DNA from: Opitutia bacterium
Lineage (GTDB): Bacteria > Verrucomicrobiota > Verrucomicrobiia > Opitutales > T3Sed10-336
Direction of reading: 5' to 3'
DNA length: 64,000 nucleotides
Assembly: GCA_050506795.1 (NCBI GenBank)
Contig: JBJHCF010000007.1
Coordinates: forward strand, 1 to 64,000
In this document: positions 38,274 to 48,372 of the stretch, piece after piece
Layout: each line of letters opens with the position of its first letter
Position numbering within the stretch: the stretch's first letter is position 1
Translations under genes and position numbers: made by a program
Notes under the pieces: model-generated
What the model saw: the letters and a program-made list of their open reading frames with translations, nothing else
Told to the model about the DNA's origin: nothing
Database searches by the model: none

Positions 38274-39569
38274 CTAGAATCCGCTGCTGAGCTGGAATAC
38301 CGCCGTAAAGATGGCAAAGGCGATAAAGGCCACAAACACGACCGCCATGATCAGCACTCCAATGGAGAGGAAGGCGGTGAAGAGCTGCAAATGGCGGCTC
38401 AGTCGCTCCTGATACAAACGGGAAATCTCTTTCAAACTGGGCACGATGTTCCCGGTGTTTTCTCCCACATCCAACATGTCCAGTACCAGTTCGGGGAAAT
38501 TTTCACTGGCCTGAAGCGCGCCGGAAAGAGACGTGCCCTCGACCACCATTCCCCGGGCCTCGTTGAAGGACCCCCGGATCCGGCGATTGTTCAGCACGTT
38601 CTCCGTCATTTTGAGCGCCTCCACCGTGGTCACCCCGTTTTCCAACAGCGCCCCCAGGGTCTGACTCATTTGCAGGACGTCGTTCACGATAATAAAATCG
38701 CGCACTCCGGGCACTTTTAACAACCACTCGTCGATGCGCAGACGGCCCGACTGGGTGCCATACCACTGCCATATCCCCAGCACCACCAGGATCACGGCCA
38801 CCAGAATGAACAGACCGTAGGACATCAGGAATTCGGATCCGTCGATCAACAACTGCGTGGCGGCGGGAATCTCCCCACCCAGCGAGTCGAAGAGCGTCTC
38901 CATGCGGGGAAAGAGAAAGTAGATGAAAAACAGGATCACCCCCACCGCCACCAGAATGATGAAAAGCGGGTAGGCCAATGCATTGACGACCTTGCCGCGA
39001 AGCGCGTTGCGGTTCTCGTGGTAGGCGACCAACCGGCGCAGAATTTCCTCCAGGTTCCCCGTGGCCTCCCCCGCCCGGATCAGGTGAACGGTGGATTCCT
39101 CGAAGACCTCCGGCGCTTCCGCCACGGCATCAGAGATGGACTGGCCCGAACTGATATTCTCCCATAGGCTCGTCGCCAATTGACGAAGCTGCGGATCCTT
39201 CAGCCGAACACTCAGCAGCCGAACCGCGTCCCCCACCGGCATTCCGCTGGAAATGAGTTCGGACAGAGATCGCAGGAAAGGCAACGCGTGCCGGGGCGAC
39301 AGCTTGGAGCCGCCAAAAAGGGGACGGGAATTTTTCTTCTCCTTGGCGCCTGCCCTGGAGGACGGCTCACTGGATTTCTCACGTCCGGCCGCTTTGGGTT
39401 TCCGGGCGGGCGCCTTTCGCGTCGTCGCTCCGCCGCCATCGGAAATCGAGACCGGATAGAGATTGCGCAAACCGATCTGACGAATGGCTTCCCGGCGACT
39501 GGCGGCATCCAGATCGCCTTTCACCAGCGTACCGCCGGCGTTGCGGGCTGTGTATTGAAACCGCGGCAT
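38274..39569 (-). CDS. gspF: Type II secretion system protein F
   Basis: MPRFQYTAR, AGEATGNL, ALAYP, LLENGV, VGENTG; start overlaps gspE stop. Confidence 0.92.
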   Translation of the reverse strand: MPRFQYTARNAGGTLVKGDLDAASRREAIRQIGLRNLYPVSISDGGGATTRKAPARKPKAAGREKSSEPSSRAGAKEKKNSRPLFGGSKLSPRHALPFLRSLSELISSGMPVGDAVRLLSVRLKDPQLRQLATSLWENISSGQSISDAVAEAPEVFEESTVHLIRAGEATGNLEEILRRLVAYHENRNALRGKVVNALAYPLFIILVAVGVILFFIYFLFPRMETLFDSLGGEIPAATQLLIDGSEFLMSYGLFILVAVILVVLGIWQWYGTQSGRLRIDEWLLKVPGVRDFIIVNDVLQMSQTLGALLENGVTTVEALKMTENVLNNRRIRGSFNEARGMVVEGTSLSGALQASENFPELVLDMLDVGENTGNIVPSLKEISRLYQERLSRHLQLFTAFLSIGVLIMAVVFVAFIAFAIFTAVFQLSSGF

Positions 39570-41236
39570 CAGTCGGCGGCAGTCACCCGGAGGACTTCCT
39601 CCATGGTCGTGTTTCGCAGCTTGACCTGTTCCCATCCGCAGAGGGCGAGATCACGCATTCCATGCTCCACGGCACGCTTCCGAATCGCGCGGGCCGACTG
39701 CCCGGTCACGATCAGTTCGTGCAAGGTTTCATTCACACGCAAAACTTCGAAAATGCCCAAACGTCCTTTGAAACCGGTTTGGCGGCACCGCTGGCATCCC
39801 GGAGAAACGGCCAGTTCCTCGACTCCTTCAGCCACTTGGAAGTCGACCTTGAGCAAGGCCAACTTACCCCGGAGTTCGGTCGGGTCGATTCTCTCCATAC
39901 GCAAGCAGGACTTGCACAGGCGTCGAATCAGACGCTGGGCGATCACCATCTCCACCGCGGAAGCCACCAGGAACGGCTCGATGCCCATATCGATGAGACG
40001 AGTCAAGGCGCCGGGGGCGTCGTTGGTGTGCAGGGTGCTGAATACCAAGTGCCCGGTGAGTGAGGCGCGAATCGCGATATCGGCGGTATCCCGGTCGCGG
40101 ATTTCGCCGACCATGATCACGTCGGGGTCCTGACGAAGGACGTGCCGCAACGCGTCGGCGAACTCCAGCCCGATCTCCGGCCGCACCTGCATCTGGTTGA
40201 CGCCGGGGACTTCGTACTCCACCGGATCCTCGATGGTGATAATTCGTTTTTCCGGTGAGTTGATTTGACGAATAAACGCGTTGAGAGACGTCGACTTCCC
40301 GGAACCGGTGGGACCGGTGACCAGAATAATGCCGTGCGGCATGACCAACACGCGGTCGATAATCTGCTGGTCGCGCGGCAGAAGGCCGATCTCTTCCATG
40401 GTGAAGGGAAGCGACTTCTTGTTGAGAAGTCGGAGACTGACGCTTTCCCCGTACATGGTGGGGACGGTGGACACACGGATATCGAGCACGTTCTCGCCGA
40501 CCCGAAAGTTGATCCGGCCATCCTGCGGCAGCCGGCGTTCGGAGATGTTCAGGCGGGACATGATTTTGATGCGGGCGATGATGGCATCCTGAAAGCGCCG
40601 GAGATTCTCCGGCACCGGAACGGAAACCAGCATGCCGTCGACCCGGTAGCGGATCCGCAATTCCTCTTCCTGAGGTTCGACATGGATGTCGGTCGCCCCG
40701 TCCCGCACCGCCTGACTGACCACGTCGTTGACAAAACGCACGATGGTGGCGGTCTCGTCCTCGTCAGACTCCTGTTCCGCCACCTGCTCGTCGAGCTCAT
40801 CCAAAGCGGCATCGTCGAGGCTGTCGAATCCCACCCCAAGGTGTTGCGTCAGGTAGTCGGCGACTTTCTCGGCGGGCGCCAGGCTCCACACCGGACGACG
40901 TCCGGAGACGGCGTAAATCCAGTCGTCCATCCCGGGTTCCGGCGGCCAGAGGGTGGTCAGGTGCAAGGCGCCGTTTTCACTCGCCCGGACGGGCACGCAC
41001 TTGAACTCATGCAGGAGACGGGCGGGTAATTCTCCGATCGCAGCGCGATCGAACTCGGCGGACGCGGCCAAGGGAAGATCGGTTTCGGAAGCCAGTCGCT
41101 CCAGCACCTGCTCTTCCTCATCGCCCAGGAAACCGGCCAGAGCCGCCATCCGTTTCTCGCGCGGCAAGCCCAGCAATTCGGTGCGCTGCTCTTCGCTCAG
41201 CTGACCCAGGCAGCTCTGTCGTTCATTCACTAACAT
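39569..41236 (-). CDS. gspE: Type II secretion ATPase E
   Basis: ATDIHVEP, ERRLPQDGR, GPTGSGKS, TIEDPVEY, LRQDPDVIMVGEIRD, TGHLVFSTLHTND, CxxC..CxxC. Confidence 0.95.
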   Translation of the reverse strand: MLVNERQSCLGQLSEEQRTELLGLPREKRMAALAGFLGDEEEQVLERLASETDLPLAASAEFDRAAIGELPARLLHEFKCVPVRASENGALHLTTLWPPEPGMDDWIYAVSGRRPVWSLAPAEKVADYLTQHLGVGFDSLDDAALDELDEQVAEQESDEDETATIVRFVNDVVSQAVRDGATDIHVEPQEEELRIRYRVDGMLVSVPVPENLRRFQDAIIARIKIMSRLNISERRLPQDGRINFRVGENVLDIRVSTVPTMYGESVSLRLLNKKSLPFTMEEIGLLPRDQQIIDRVLVMPHGIILVTGPTGSGKSTSLNAFIRQINSPEKRIITIEDPVEYEVPGVNQMQVRPEIGLEFADALRHVLRQDPDVIMVGEIRDRDTADIAIRASLTGHLVFSTLHTNDAPGALTRLIDMGIEPFLVASAVEMVIAQRLIRRLCKSCLRMERIDPTELRGKLALLKVDFQVAEGVEELAVSPGCQRCRQTGFKGRLGIFEVLRVNETLHELIVTGQSARAIRKRAVEHGMRDLALCGWEQVKLRNTTMEEVLRVTAAD

Positions 41237-41272
41237 AGGCGGTATGAATCCGTGCGTAACCGTTAGACAATT

Positions 41273-41848
41273 CTACTGACGCAGGGCCCGCCTGCGGCGC
41301 AATTCCTCAGCGGCCCGCCGCAGTTCCTCATCGCTTTGTTGGGCGTTAGCCGGCCGGGCCTGCTGCTGCGGCTGCTGCTGGCGCCCACCCTGTTGACCGC
41401 GGGCCTGCTGGCGGGGGATTTCACCCACCTGGGCTTCCTTTAACGTAATGGACCGCTCCCGGTCTCCGCGGCGAACGGTGACGGAGTCCCCTCCGTCGAA
41501 ATTCACCAGGGTGTATCCGCCTTCACTGCCATCCAGGGGCAGCCAGAATCCCTCCTGGTTGTCGGGATGGAAAAAACTGACCCGGGTTTCTCCGCCCATA
41601 ACGATGATGCCGCGCAATTCAAGACGATCCAGAGGCTCGTCCTCGGGCGCGGGGGGAGGCGTCTCACGTTGCGGGCGCCGGTCTTCAGGCGGCACGTAGC
41701 CCTCCCAAACAAAAGGTGAGTTTTCAATGAGCGAACCGCGGTCGGCATTAGCCTCAGCGCCGGAAATGGACAGGACCAGTGCAATGCCCGTAACCACAGG
41801 AACGAATCTGTTACCTGGAACAAGATAGGATAATACTGATGATTTCAT
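41273..41848 (-). CDS. Putative GspC-like periplasmic protein
   Basis: SPF motif, LELRGI, beta-rich HR-like domain, Gln-rich tail; between gspD and gspE. Confidence 0.55.
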   Translation of the reverse strand: MKSSVLSYLVPGNRFVPVVTGIALVLSISGAEANADRGSLIENSPFVWEGYVPPEDRRPQRETPPPAPEDEPLDRLELRGIIVMGGETRVSFFHPDNQEGFWLPLDGSEGGYTLVNFDGGDSVTVRRGDRERSITLKEAQVGEIPRQQARGQQGGRQQQPQQQARPANAQQSDEELRRAAEELRRRRALRQ

Positions 41849-41859
41849 GGTTTACCTCC

Positions 41860-43992
41860 TTAATCAAAAACCCGAGAAGAACGCTGTGCCGGAATCAGAG
41901 GATCCTGATCATGGATCGGACGGACCCGCGTGTGCCGCTCGACCAGTTCGTTGATCCGGTCCCGCTGCGACATTGCATCAATACGTTGCCGCGCGTGAAT
42001 CCGGGTGTCGTCGATGGCGGGCATAACAGTGGGCCGGATAAAGAGCAGCAATTCCGTTTTCTGGGACGAAGCCCTGGTAGGGGAAAAAAGCCGGCCCACC
42101 AGAGGAATCGACCCGAGAAGCGCCATCCGGCGATGGGTTTCGATCAATTCCTCACTCTGCAATCCGCCCAACACCACAACATCCCCGTCAGCCACACTCA
42201 CAAACGAAGTCGCCTCCTTTCGACCGATTACCGGCTGCAGGTTCCCTCCAACCTCCACCTGATCGATGACATTGTCAACCAGCTGCTCGATTTCCAGTTG
42301 GATCACCCCGTCGATACCAATCAACGGTGTCACGGTGAGCTCGATACCGATATCACGGAAAGTGACCTGCGAGCGAAACCCGGTAACCCCGGTATCCTGC
42401 ACCGACGACGTCACGATGGGACGAGCCTCACCAACAATAATCCGTGCTTCCCGGTTATGGGTGGTGGTGATGCTGGGAACCGAAAGGATGTCGATCTCGG
42501 TTTTGCTCTGGGCGATGCCGATGATTCCATCGATGGTGTAATCCGAAAGCGTGCCGGCGAATCCGAAATCAAACCCGCGCCCGTCAATCCCGGGTGCGCC
42601 AAACCCGAACGAGCCGCTGCCACTGCTATTGTACTCGAAGCCGAAGGTGTCGATCCCCCGCACTCGCTCATTGCTGAGGCTGACTTCCGCGATCACCACC
42701 TCGATAAACACCTGCGCGAGCAGCACATCGATCTTGGACACCAAGGCTTCGATCAGGTTAAGATCGTTAATGGTGCCGGAAACAACCAGGGAATTGGTGC
42801 GTTCGTCGGGTAGAATAGTCAACAGGCTGCTGAACTCCGATCCCATTTCCTCCACCATGTCCTCGGCAATCGCCTGCACCTCCGGCGGAATGGTTTCCGG
42901 CTGGGGAGGCGCTTCCCCATTGGCTGGTGTTTCGGGAGTCGGCTGAGCGGCCGGCTGCTGGGCCGGCGCGCCGTTCATCGTCGGCCGCGCCTGCTGGGCG
43001 GTTTGGCTGAGCTGGGTGGAAACCAGTTGACTCAAAAGGCTGGCCACCTCCTCGGCATCGGCGTGCTTGAGTTGAATGACCTCATTGCGGGTGCGAGGCT
43101 CGGTCTGAATGTCGACCCGCTCAACAAACTCCGCGAAGAACGCCATATTGCGCGGATCGGTGATGACGATGAGCTGGTTGGTACGCTCCTCGGCGACGAT
43201 CAGGGTGCTGGAACTGACCTGTCGTTGGAGAGCCCCCTGGGTCAGGTTGGTCAACCGGGTGGCCACATCCTGTGCCTGAGCGTAGCGAATATTGAAAAAC
43301 CGTGTTTCCAAAGCCGTCGTAACCGGCCGGTCCACCGCGGCGAGGATGGTTTCGATCCGCTGCAGGTTGCTGACGGTTTCGGTCACCAGAAGAGAATTGG
43401 CCTTCTCAAACGGGATCATTGTCCCGATCTGAGGGGTGAGGATCGGTTGAATCCTCGCGGCGAATTCTTCGATCTGCAGGAACTCCAGCCGGAACAAACG
43501 GCTGACCACCCGGCCGCTGGGGCTGAGACTGAGAGCCGGATCCAGGATCAGTTCCGGCGCGTGCTGTTGGGTCTGCGCCGCCGGAATGACCTTGAGGAAA
43601 TATTCCCCCAGGGGCACGACCGTAATCCCGTTGATACTCAGGAGGCTTTCAATGGCCAGAATCGCTTCATCAATGGTGAACGGACGCTGGCTGTCGAAGG
43701 TTATCGCGGCGGCGGGGAGCTGTTGCGGCCGAATAATGGATCGACCCGTGAGTCGCTCCAGAAAGGTCAGCACCTGGTCCAGGCCGAGGTCGCGAAAAAC
43801 AATCTGATCGATCACCGGCGCAGGCTCGGTCGGGGAATCGAAGTCGTCATTGAACTCATCTTCGAACAAACCCGGGAAATCGTCGAAATCGTCGAATTCA
43901 TCAAAGTCGTCGAATTCATCCACATCCTGCGCCCAAACAAGCGCGGCAAAGGAAAACGATAAAAACGAGAGTAGGATTCTGCGAAAATACAT
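41860..43992 (-). CDS. gspD: Type II secretion secretin D
   Basis: N-domain repeats (ERTNQLIV, DERTNSLVV), QVFIEVVIAEV, DIGIELTVTP, LGGL, IPLVGRLF, TELLLFIRP. Confidence 0.93.
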   Translation of the reverse strand: MYFRRILLSFLSFSFAALVWAQDVDEFDDFDEFDDFDDFPGLFEDEFNDDFDSPTEPAPVIDQIVFRDLGLDQVLTFLERLTGRSIIRPQQLPAAAITFDSQRPFTIDEAILAIESLLSINGITVVPLGEYFLKVIPAAQTQQHAPELILDPALSLSPSGRVVSRLFRLEFLQIEEFAARIQPILTPQIGTMIPFEKANSLLVTETVSNLQRIETILAAVDRPVTTALETRFFNIRYAQAQDVATRLTNLTQGALQRQVSSSTLIVAEERTNQLIVITDPRNMAFFAEFVERVDIQTEPRTRNEVIQLKHADAEEVASLLSQLVSTQLSQTAQQARPTMNGAPAQQPAAQPTPETPANGEAPPQPETIPPEVQAIAEDMVEEMGSEFSSLLTILPDERTNSLVVSGTINDLNLIEALVSKIDVLLAQVFIEVVIAEVSLSNERVRGIDTFGFEYNSSGSGSFGFGAPGIDGRGFDFGFAGTLSDYTIDGIIGIAQSKTEIDILSVPSITTTHNREARIIVGEARPIVTSSVQDTGVTGFRSQVTFRDIGIELTVTPLIGIDGVIQLEIEQLVDNVIDQVEVGGNLQPVIGRKEATSFVSVADGDVVVLGGLQSEELIETHRRMALLGSIPLVGRLFSPTRASSQKTELLLFIRPTVMPAIDDTRIHARQRIDAMSQRDRINELVERHTRVRPIHDQDPLIPAQRSSRVFD

Positions 43993-44079
43993 AACAAACT
44001 TTACTTGGTTGAGAACGGTGACTCTTGGAAATTAACAGGGTGGAGCAAAATCAGAGGCCTTAGTCCAAAAGTGCGGAGT

Positions 44080-44601
44080 TCAATTGGCCAATTCGACCGA
44101 AGAAATGGAGAACTCGGCAACCAGTTGGTGCGGGTTATTCTGATCGGCTCTCAGAACCAGCGAATCCAGACCCATATAGGGGGCACGGGCCTGAATATCG
44201 TCGGCTAATGCCATAAGGGCGCCAATATTGGCCTGGCGAATGGTCATATTGACGGAATGGAAGGTAAAAACCGCTCCCTGGCTGCTTCGCGGGGGATTGA
44301 TCTCCCGGCTCAACTGGCGACGCTGGGCCATGGAGTCGAGCTCACTCACCAACCGGGTACCACTGAGAATGCGTTGCGGCTCGAGGTTTTCCACCCCGGC
44401 CAACATGCGCGCCTGGATTTCCTCCTCGCTGTCGAGGATAATATCCTGTTCCTCCAACAGAAGGCCAAAAGAGGAGTATTCATTGGATATCACCCCTCCC
44501 CGATCGGCCAGGCTGTTCGCCCAAACCACCACAATCGCCAGGAGGAATAGCACCAGCATGGCCTTTTCCCGGAAACTTCTGCTCAGGAAAAGCGATTTCA
44601 T
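44080..44601 (-). CDS. Putative GspM/PilO-like protein
   Basis: S.REK..L N-terminal TM, coiled coil, ferredoxin-like tail; ATGA overlap with upstream gene. Confidence 0.65.
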   Translation of the reverse strand: MKSLFLSRSFREKAMLVLFLLAIVVVWANSLADRGGVISNEYSSFGLLLEEQDIILDSEEEIQARMLAGVENLEPQRILSGTRLVSELDSMAQRRQLSREINPPRSSQGAVFTFHSVNMTIRQANIGALMALADDIQARAPYMGLDSLVLRADQNNPHQLVAEFSISSVELAN

Positions 44602-45863
44602 CGTCCCCCCTCCCTTACGTTGTCACCGGTCGTCGCGGCCACAGGCCCCCCGCGCCGACCGGACGGTGAGGTCTGCGCCACGGGCGCCGCCGCCATGAGC
44701 GCATTTCGATTGAAGGTGGTCTCAAGCAGGAAGGTGGTTTGCCCGTCCCGGACCTGCTGGTTGCGGATGACCACGCTTTCGAAATTGCCGGAATTCAAAA
44801 GAGCGTTCTCGTATTCGTTCACGTCGCGAGTGTTCGAGGTGACCACGTTGGCGATCAGACCGTTCCAGCCCTCGGTTCTTGTCGCCAGGAAATGCATGGA
44901 CGACGGACGGTGCTCGTTGAGGATCGCCAGCATTTCGAAAGGCAGCAACCGGTTCTCGCCGAGCTCCTCCATCCGTTGGGCCAGTTCCAATTGTTCCTGG
45001 ATGCGCGCCACTTGTTCGGTTCGCGCTTCGACCAACTCTTCACGACTCGCCAGCAGGGAACCGGCGGCGTAAAGGAAGCCTTCGCCGACGCCCAGCAGCA
45101 GGATCAATGCAGCGATACCCACCACCGAACGCCAAAGCCAGGCATCGCGGGTGGCGGCTTTTCGCTTCTCCGCCAAAAAGGCTTTCTCCCGGACATCGAG
45201 CGCCGAAACCACCGTCCGATCCAGTGAGGACTTCTCCGTCGACGAGGCGCTCGCCGGCCTGCCGTCGGCTTCGATCGCGACCACTGGAAAGTGAACCGAT
45301 CCCCCGTGCCGGGTGACTTCACCTTCGCGGCGGAAAAACCGCACCGGAGGGCGCCGCCCCCCCAATTCAAACCCGGCGATCAACTCGTCGATCATCCGCC
45401 GTTCGTCTTCGGGAGCCGTTTCCGGATCAAACCCGCGGGAAGCGATTTTTGCCGGAACCGGGTTCTGACCATCGAAATAAACGAGGGTGACCGACCCCTC
45501 CTGGCGAAGAACGCAGATCGCTGCCTGAGTGGGCGCCAGGCCGAAAACGCTGACAAAATCGGGCACCACCAGATCGGCGTCCTCCCAAAGATCCTTCTCC
45601 CCCGGAGTGAATCGTTTATGATAGGCCGCGTAAACCAGCACCCGATTGGAGCCGTCCAAATGGTAAGCCCCATAAAAAAGCTGATGCAGTGGGAAAGGCG
45701 CCTGTTCCTCCAGGGAGATCTCGATAAACGAATTCAGCTCGGAGCGCTCCATTCCCTCTGGAAGCTCCAGCGCCTTCACAAAAAAGAGGTGGCCGGGTAA
45801 AAAAACCACCGATGGTTTTTTGTCCAAGGTATCCACCGAAAGGACTTTTTCCAAGAACTCCAT
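44598..45863 (-). CDS. Putative GspL-like protein
   Basis: LEEQAPFP in actin-like cytoplasmic part, single TM, PilN-like C-terminus; position after gspK. Confidence 0.65.
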   Translation of the reverse strand: MEFLEKVLSVDTLDKKPSVVFLPGHLFFVKALELPEGMERSELNSFIEISLEEQAPFPLHQLFYGAYHLDGSNRVLVYAAYHKRFTPGEKDLWEDADLVVPDFVSVFGLAPTQAAICVLRQEGSVTLVYFDGQNPVPAKIASRGFDPETAPEDERRMIDELIAGFELGGRRPPVRFFRREGEVTRHGGSVHFPVVAIEADGRPASASSTEKSSLDRTVVSALDVREKAFLAEKRKAATRDAWLWRSVVGIAALILLLGVGEGFLYAAGSLLASREELVEARTEQVARIQEQLELAQRMEELGENRLLPFEMLAILNEHRPSSMHFLATRTEGWNGLIANVVTSNTRDVNEYENALLNSGNFESVVIRNQQVRDGQTTFLLETTFNRNALMAAAPVAQTSPSGRRGGPVAATTGDNVREGGR

Positions 45864-45868
45864 GTCAA

Positions 45869-47029
45869 TTAGTGCACTATAGAAGCATTCTCCCGAAGTT
45901 CCACGATTGTAAACGGAAAACTTTGGAGCACGTGATCGCTAAAAGAGGTTGATTCCGCGGCGCCCTGAGCCGTCCGGCCTCCCGTCGCCCCGTTGGCCGT
46001 CCCACTCGGGGTTTCGACCGCCGGCAAAGCGGCTGGTTGATTCAGGTCCAGAACGGCGCTCAACCGATGTTGCAACCCGCCATAGGACACCTGAACGTTT
46101 ACCCGCAGGTAGCGGATGGCCGTCCCGAACTGCCCGCCCGGAAGGTCCAGGCCCAACTCGGCATTGGCCTCGGCGAGGTTTTCAAAATAGGTACGCTGCG
46201 GCCTCAAGGCTTCGTCCCGAAACGCGTCGGCCGAACGCAACTGATCCGCATCACTGTAGTTCCCCCAAACGCGCAGGACGGTTTCCGAGGCGCTATTGAC
46301 GTTCACTTGTGCGAAGTTGCGCAGAGATACCACCTCGGCGAGACGGTAGAACCGGTCGTTGGGTACACCGCCGGAATCGAAGAGGTAATCCCTGAATCCC
46401 TCGATCGCGGCCAACTCATGCAGGCTTCTAAGCGGCTGATAACTGGCGCGATAAGGCAAATCACCCCGATCGTATCCGGAAAATCCGCTGACCACGCGGC
46501 CCTGATCGTAACTCTCATCCACCCAGGCAAGCAGCGCGTCGGCCAAGTCCTCCAACTCGGTGGGTTCGAAGTCGAGATGCTCAAACAGCAGGATCAGGCG
46601 TTCACGATCCATACCGGCGAGTGGCAGCTTCCCGTGCTCGTCGCGAAAGGTGATAGTGACATTCATGCCCTCGGGCATAGTGACTCCGGCATATTCCAAG
46701 GGATCAGACCACCCCTGACGAGGATCGTACAGGTTTCCGTCGATTTCGTAAACGTCATGGAGGACCGCCATGACCGTCTCCAGAACGGCCACGGCATCAG
46801 GACGCAACCGGTCGCGTTCAGCATGCACGGCTTCGGTCCGGATCTCATAAATCGCTTTTTCGATGAAGAGGAACAGAGCCACCGCGGCGAGAAAAATCAT
46901 GATCAGGGTAAAGACCAGGACCGCGCCGGCCTTCGAGTGGACGCCTCCGGATCCGGGCAAACCCCGGCCCGGGCCTAGTAGTCGGCCTGCACCCTCACTT
47001 TTCCTGAAATTGTACACGGTCGGATTCAT
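45869..47029 (-). CDS. gspK: Type II secretion minor pseudopilin K
   Basis: GAVLVFTL, DEHGKLPL, LADALLAWVD, EL..IEGF, VNVNSASETVL. Confidence 0.88.
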   Translation of the reverse strand: MNPTVYNFRKSEGAGRLLGPGRGLPGSGGVHSKAGAVLVFTLIMIFLAAVALFLFIEKAIYEIRTEAVHAERDRLRPDAVAVLETVMAVLHDVYEIDGNLYDPRQGWSDPLEYAGVTMPEGMNVTITFRDEHGKLPLAGMDRERLILLFEHLDFEPTELEDLADALLAWVDESYDQGRVVSGFSGYDRGDLPYRASYQPLRSLHELAAIEGFRDYLFDSGGVPNDRFYRLAEVVSLRNFAQVNVNSASETVLRVWGNYSDADQLRSADAFRDEALRPQRTYFENLAEANAELGLDLPGGQFGTAIRYLRVNVQVSYGGLQHRLSAVLDLNQPAALPAVETPSGTANGATGGRTAQGAAESTSFSDHVLQSFPFTIVELRENASIVH

Positions 47030-47766
47030 CGCTGTATGGCGGCGGAGAACACACCGCGGAACTGGGCGGACAGGGTAATGATTCGCTCGGTTTCCATTCT
47101 GTCCGTTGCAAACCGGATGCGGATTCGGTCGGGCAGCAGATCCTCACCGTCCTCGTCACGGTCGAAATCCCGCCGCTCGCTCCAGGTCTCGGTCTCCCAA
47201 TCGTAGTATTCGTAAACCACTTCCCTGGCAAAGGGGGACAGGAGGGTGCTGCGCGGTTCGTCCTCCTCGAAATTCTCTTCCAGCCGTGAGTGCCAGAGCA
47301 ACGACAGGCCATTCTGCGGGGAAAACTCGAGGTAACAGACCACAAACGGCAACGGCGACTCGGGCCACAAGAGAATTCCCGGACTCTCCAGCAGTTCGAA
47401 GGCGATGTAGGACTCCCCGAAACCCCGATCCGCCGGAATCGTCGCCAGATACACCGGAGAAAGGATTCCGCCGTTTTCCGCCTCCTCGGTTTGGGCGCGC
47501 ATTTCCACCGTCGCCATTTGCATGTTGCTTTGCAGAAAGCGGGTGACTCCGTTGACGTGCCGTTCAAACAAACGGTCGTCGCCACCCCTCCCCCACAGTT
47601 CCCCCATGGAGAAAACAAACATATTGACCGCCACCAGGACCACCGCGGCCAGCGACAGAGCGAGGAGCGTTTCGATCAGCGTAAAACCGGACCTCGGCCG
47701 TCTTGATCCAAGGACCTTCCGGGACGGCGGGGCAAGGCCTATGGCCGATATTCCGTTCCTAGACAT
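47026..47766 (-). CDS. gspJ: Minor pseudopilin J-like
   Basis: G-FTLIETLLAL prepilin motif; order I-J-K. Confidence 0.8.
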   Translation of the reverse strand: MSRNGISAIGLAPPSRKVLGSRRPRSGFTLIETLLALSLAAVVLVAVNMFVFSMGELWGRGGDDRLFERHVNGVTRFLQSNMQMATVEMRAQTEEAENGGILSPVYLATIPADRGFGESYIAFELLESPGILLWPESPLPFVVCYLEFSPQNGLSLLWHSRLEENFEEDEPRSTLLSPFAREVVYEYYDWETETWSERRDFDRDEDGEDLLPDRIRIRFATDRMETERIITLSAQFRGVFSAAIQR

Positions 47767-48253
47767 TCCCTTGCCTCTCAGTGCGGCTATCCTCAAGCCG
47801 TTCCCTGGTCTCCTGGCGCAAGCGGTCACGTTCCGCCGCCTCTTCCCAGCCGGGACGATAGATCAGCGCCCGTTTGGTCAATTCGCCACGTCGTCCACCG
47901 ACTTCGCGTTCCGGGAGAGTCACAGTGATCTCCGCATCGAAGAGATCAGCCACTCCGGTCCGCTCGAGCCGGGCGATCCAGGAAAAACGTCCGGCGTGCA
48001 GAGTATCCACGGTTCCGCCGGCCTCAAAATCCTCACGCACCTGGTGGGCCATTATCCGGGCGAAAACAAATGCCAGCTCCTCGTCCCGCACCTGATCCTT
48101 ACGGATGGCGTCGTACCCGTTAAGCACGTTGATATAAGCCGCCCCAAGCACCACCACCGCCATGCCGAAAATCGCCAAAGCGACCATCACCTCCACCAAA
48201 GTGAAGGCGGTTGCCGGACGATCGTTAGCGAGTTGGTGGTTTCGAGCGTGCAT
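47759..48253 (-). CDS. gspI: Minor pseudopilin I-like
   Basis: A-FTLVEVMVALAIF prepilin motif. Confidence 0.8.
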   Translation of the reverse strand: MHARNHQLANDRPATAFTLVEVMVALAIFGMAVVVLGAAYINVLNGYDAIRKDQVRDEELAFVFARIMAHQVREDFEAGGTVDTLHAGRFSWIARLERTGVADLFDAEITVTLPEREVGGRRGELTKRALIYRPGWEEAAERDRLRQETRERLEDSRTERQGNV

Positions 48254-48372
48254 GGACGAAAAACGAAGCAAACTTTAGGTCCTTATTAGCGAGCCTGAAG
48301 TTCCGTACGATAAAACACCGCCACCGTCCGGGAGTTGCAGGGGTTCTTGAACCCGAGCGATAAATGAGCCGA

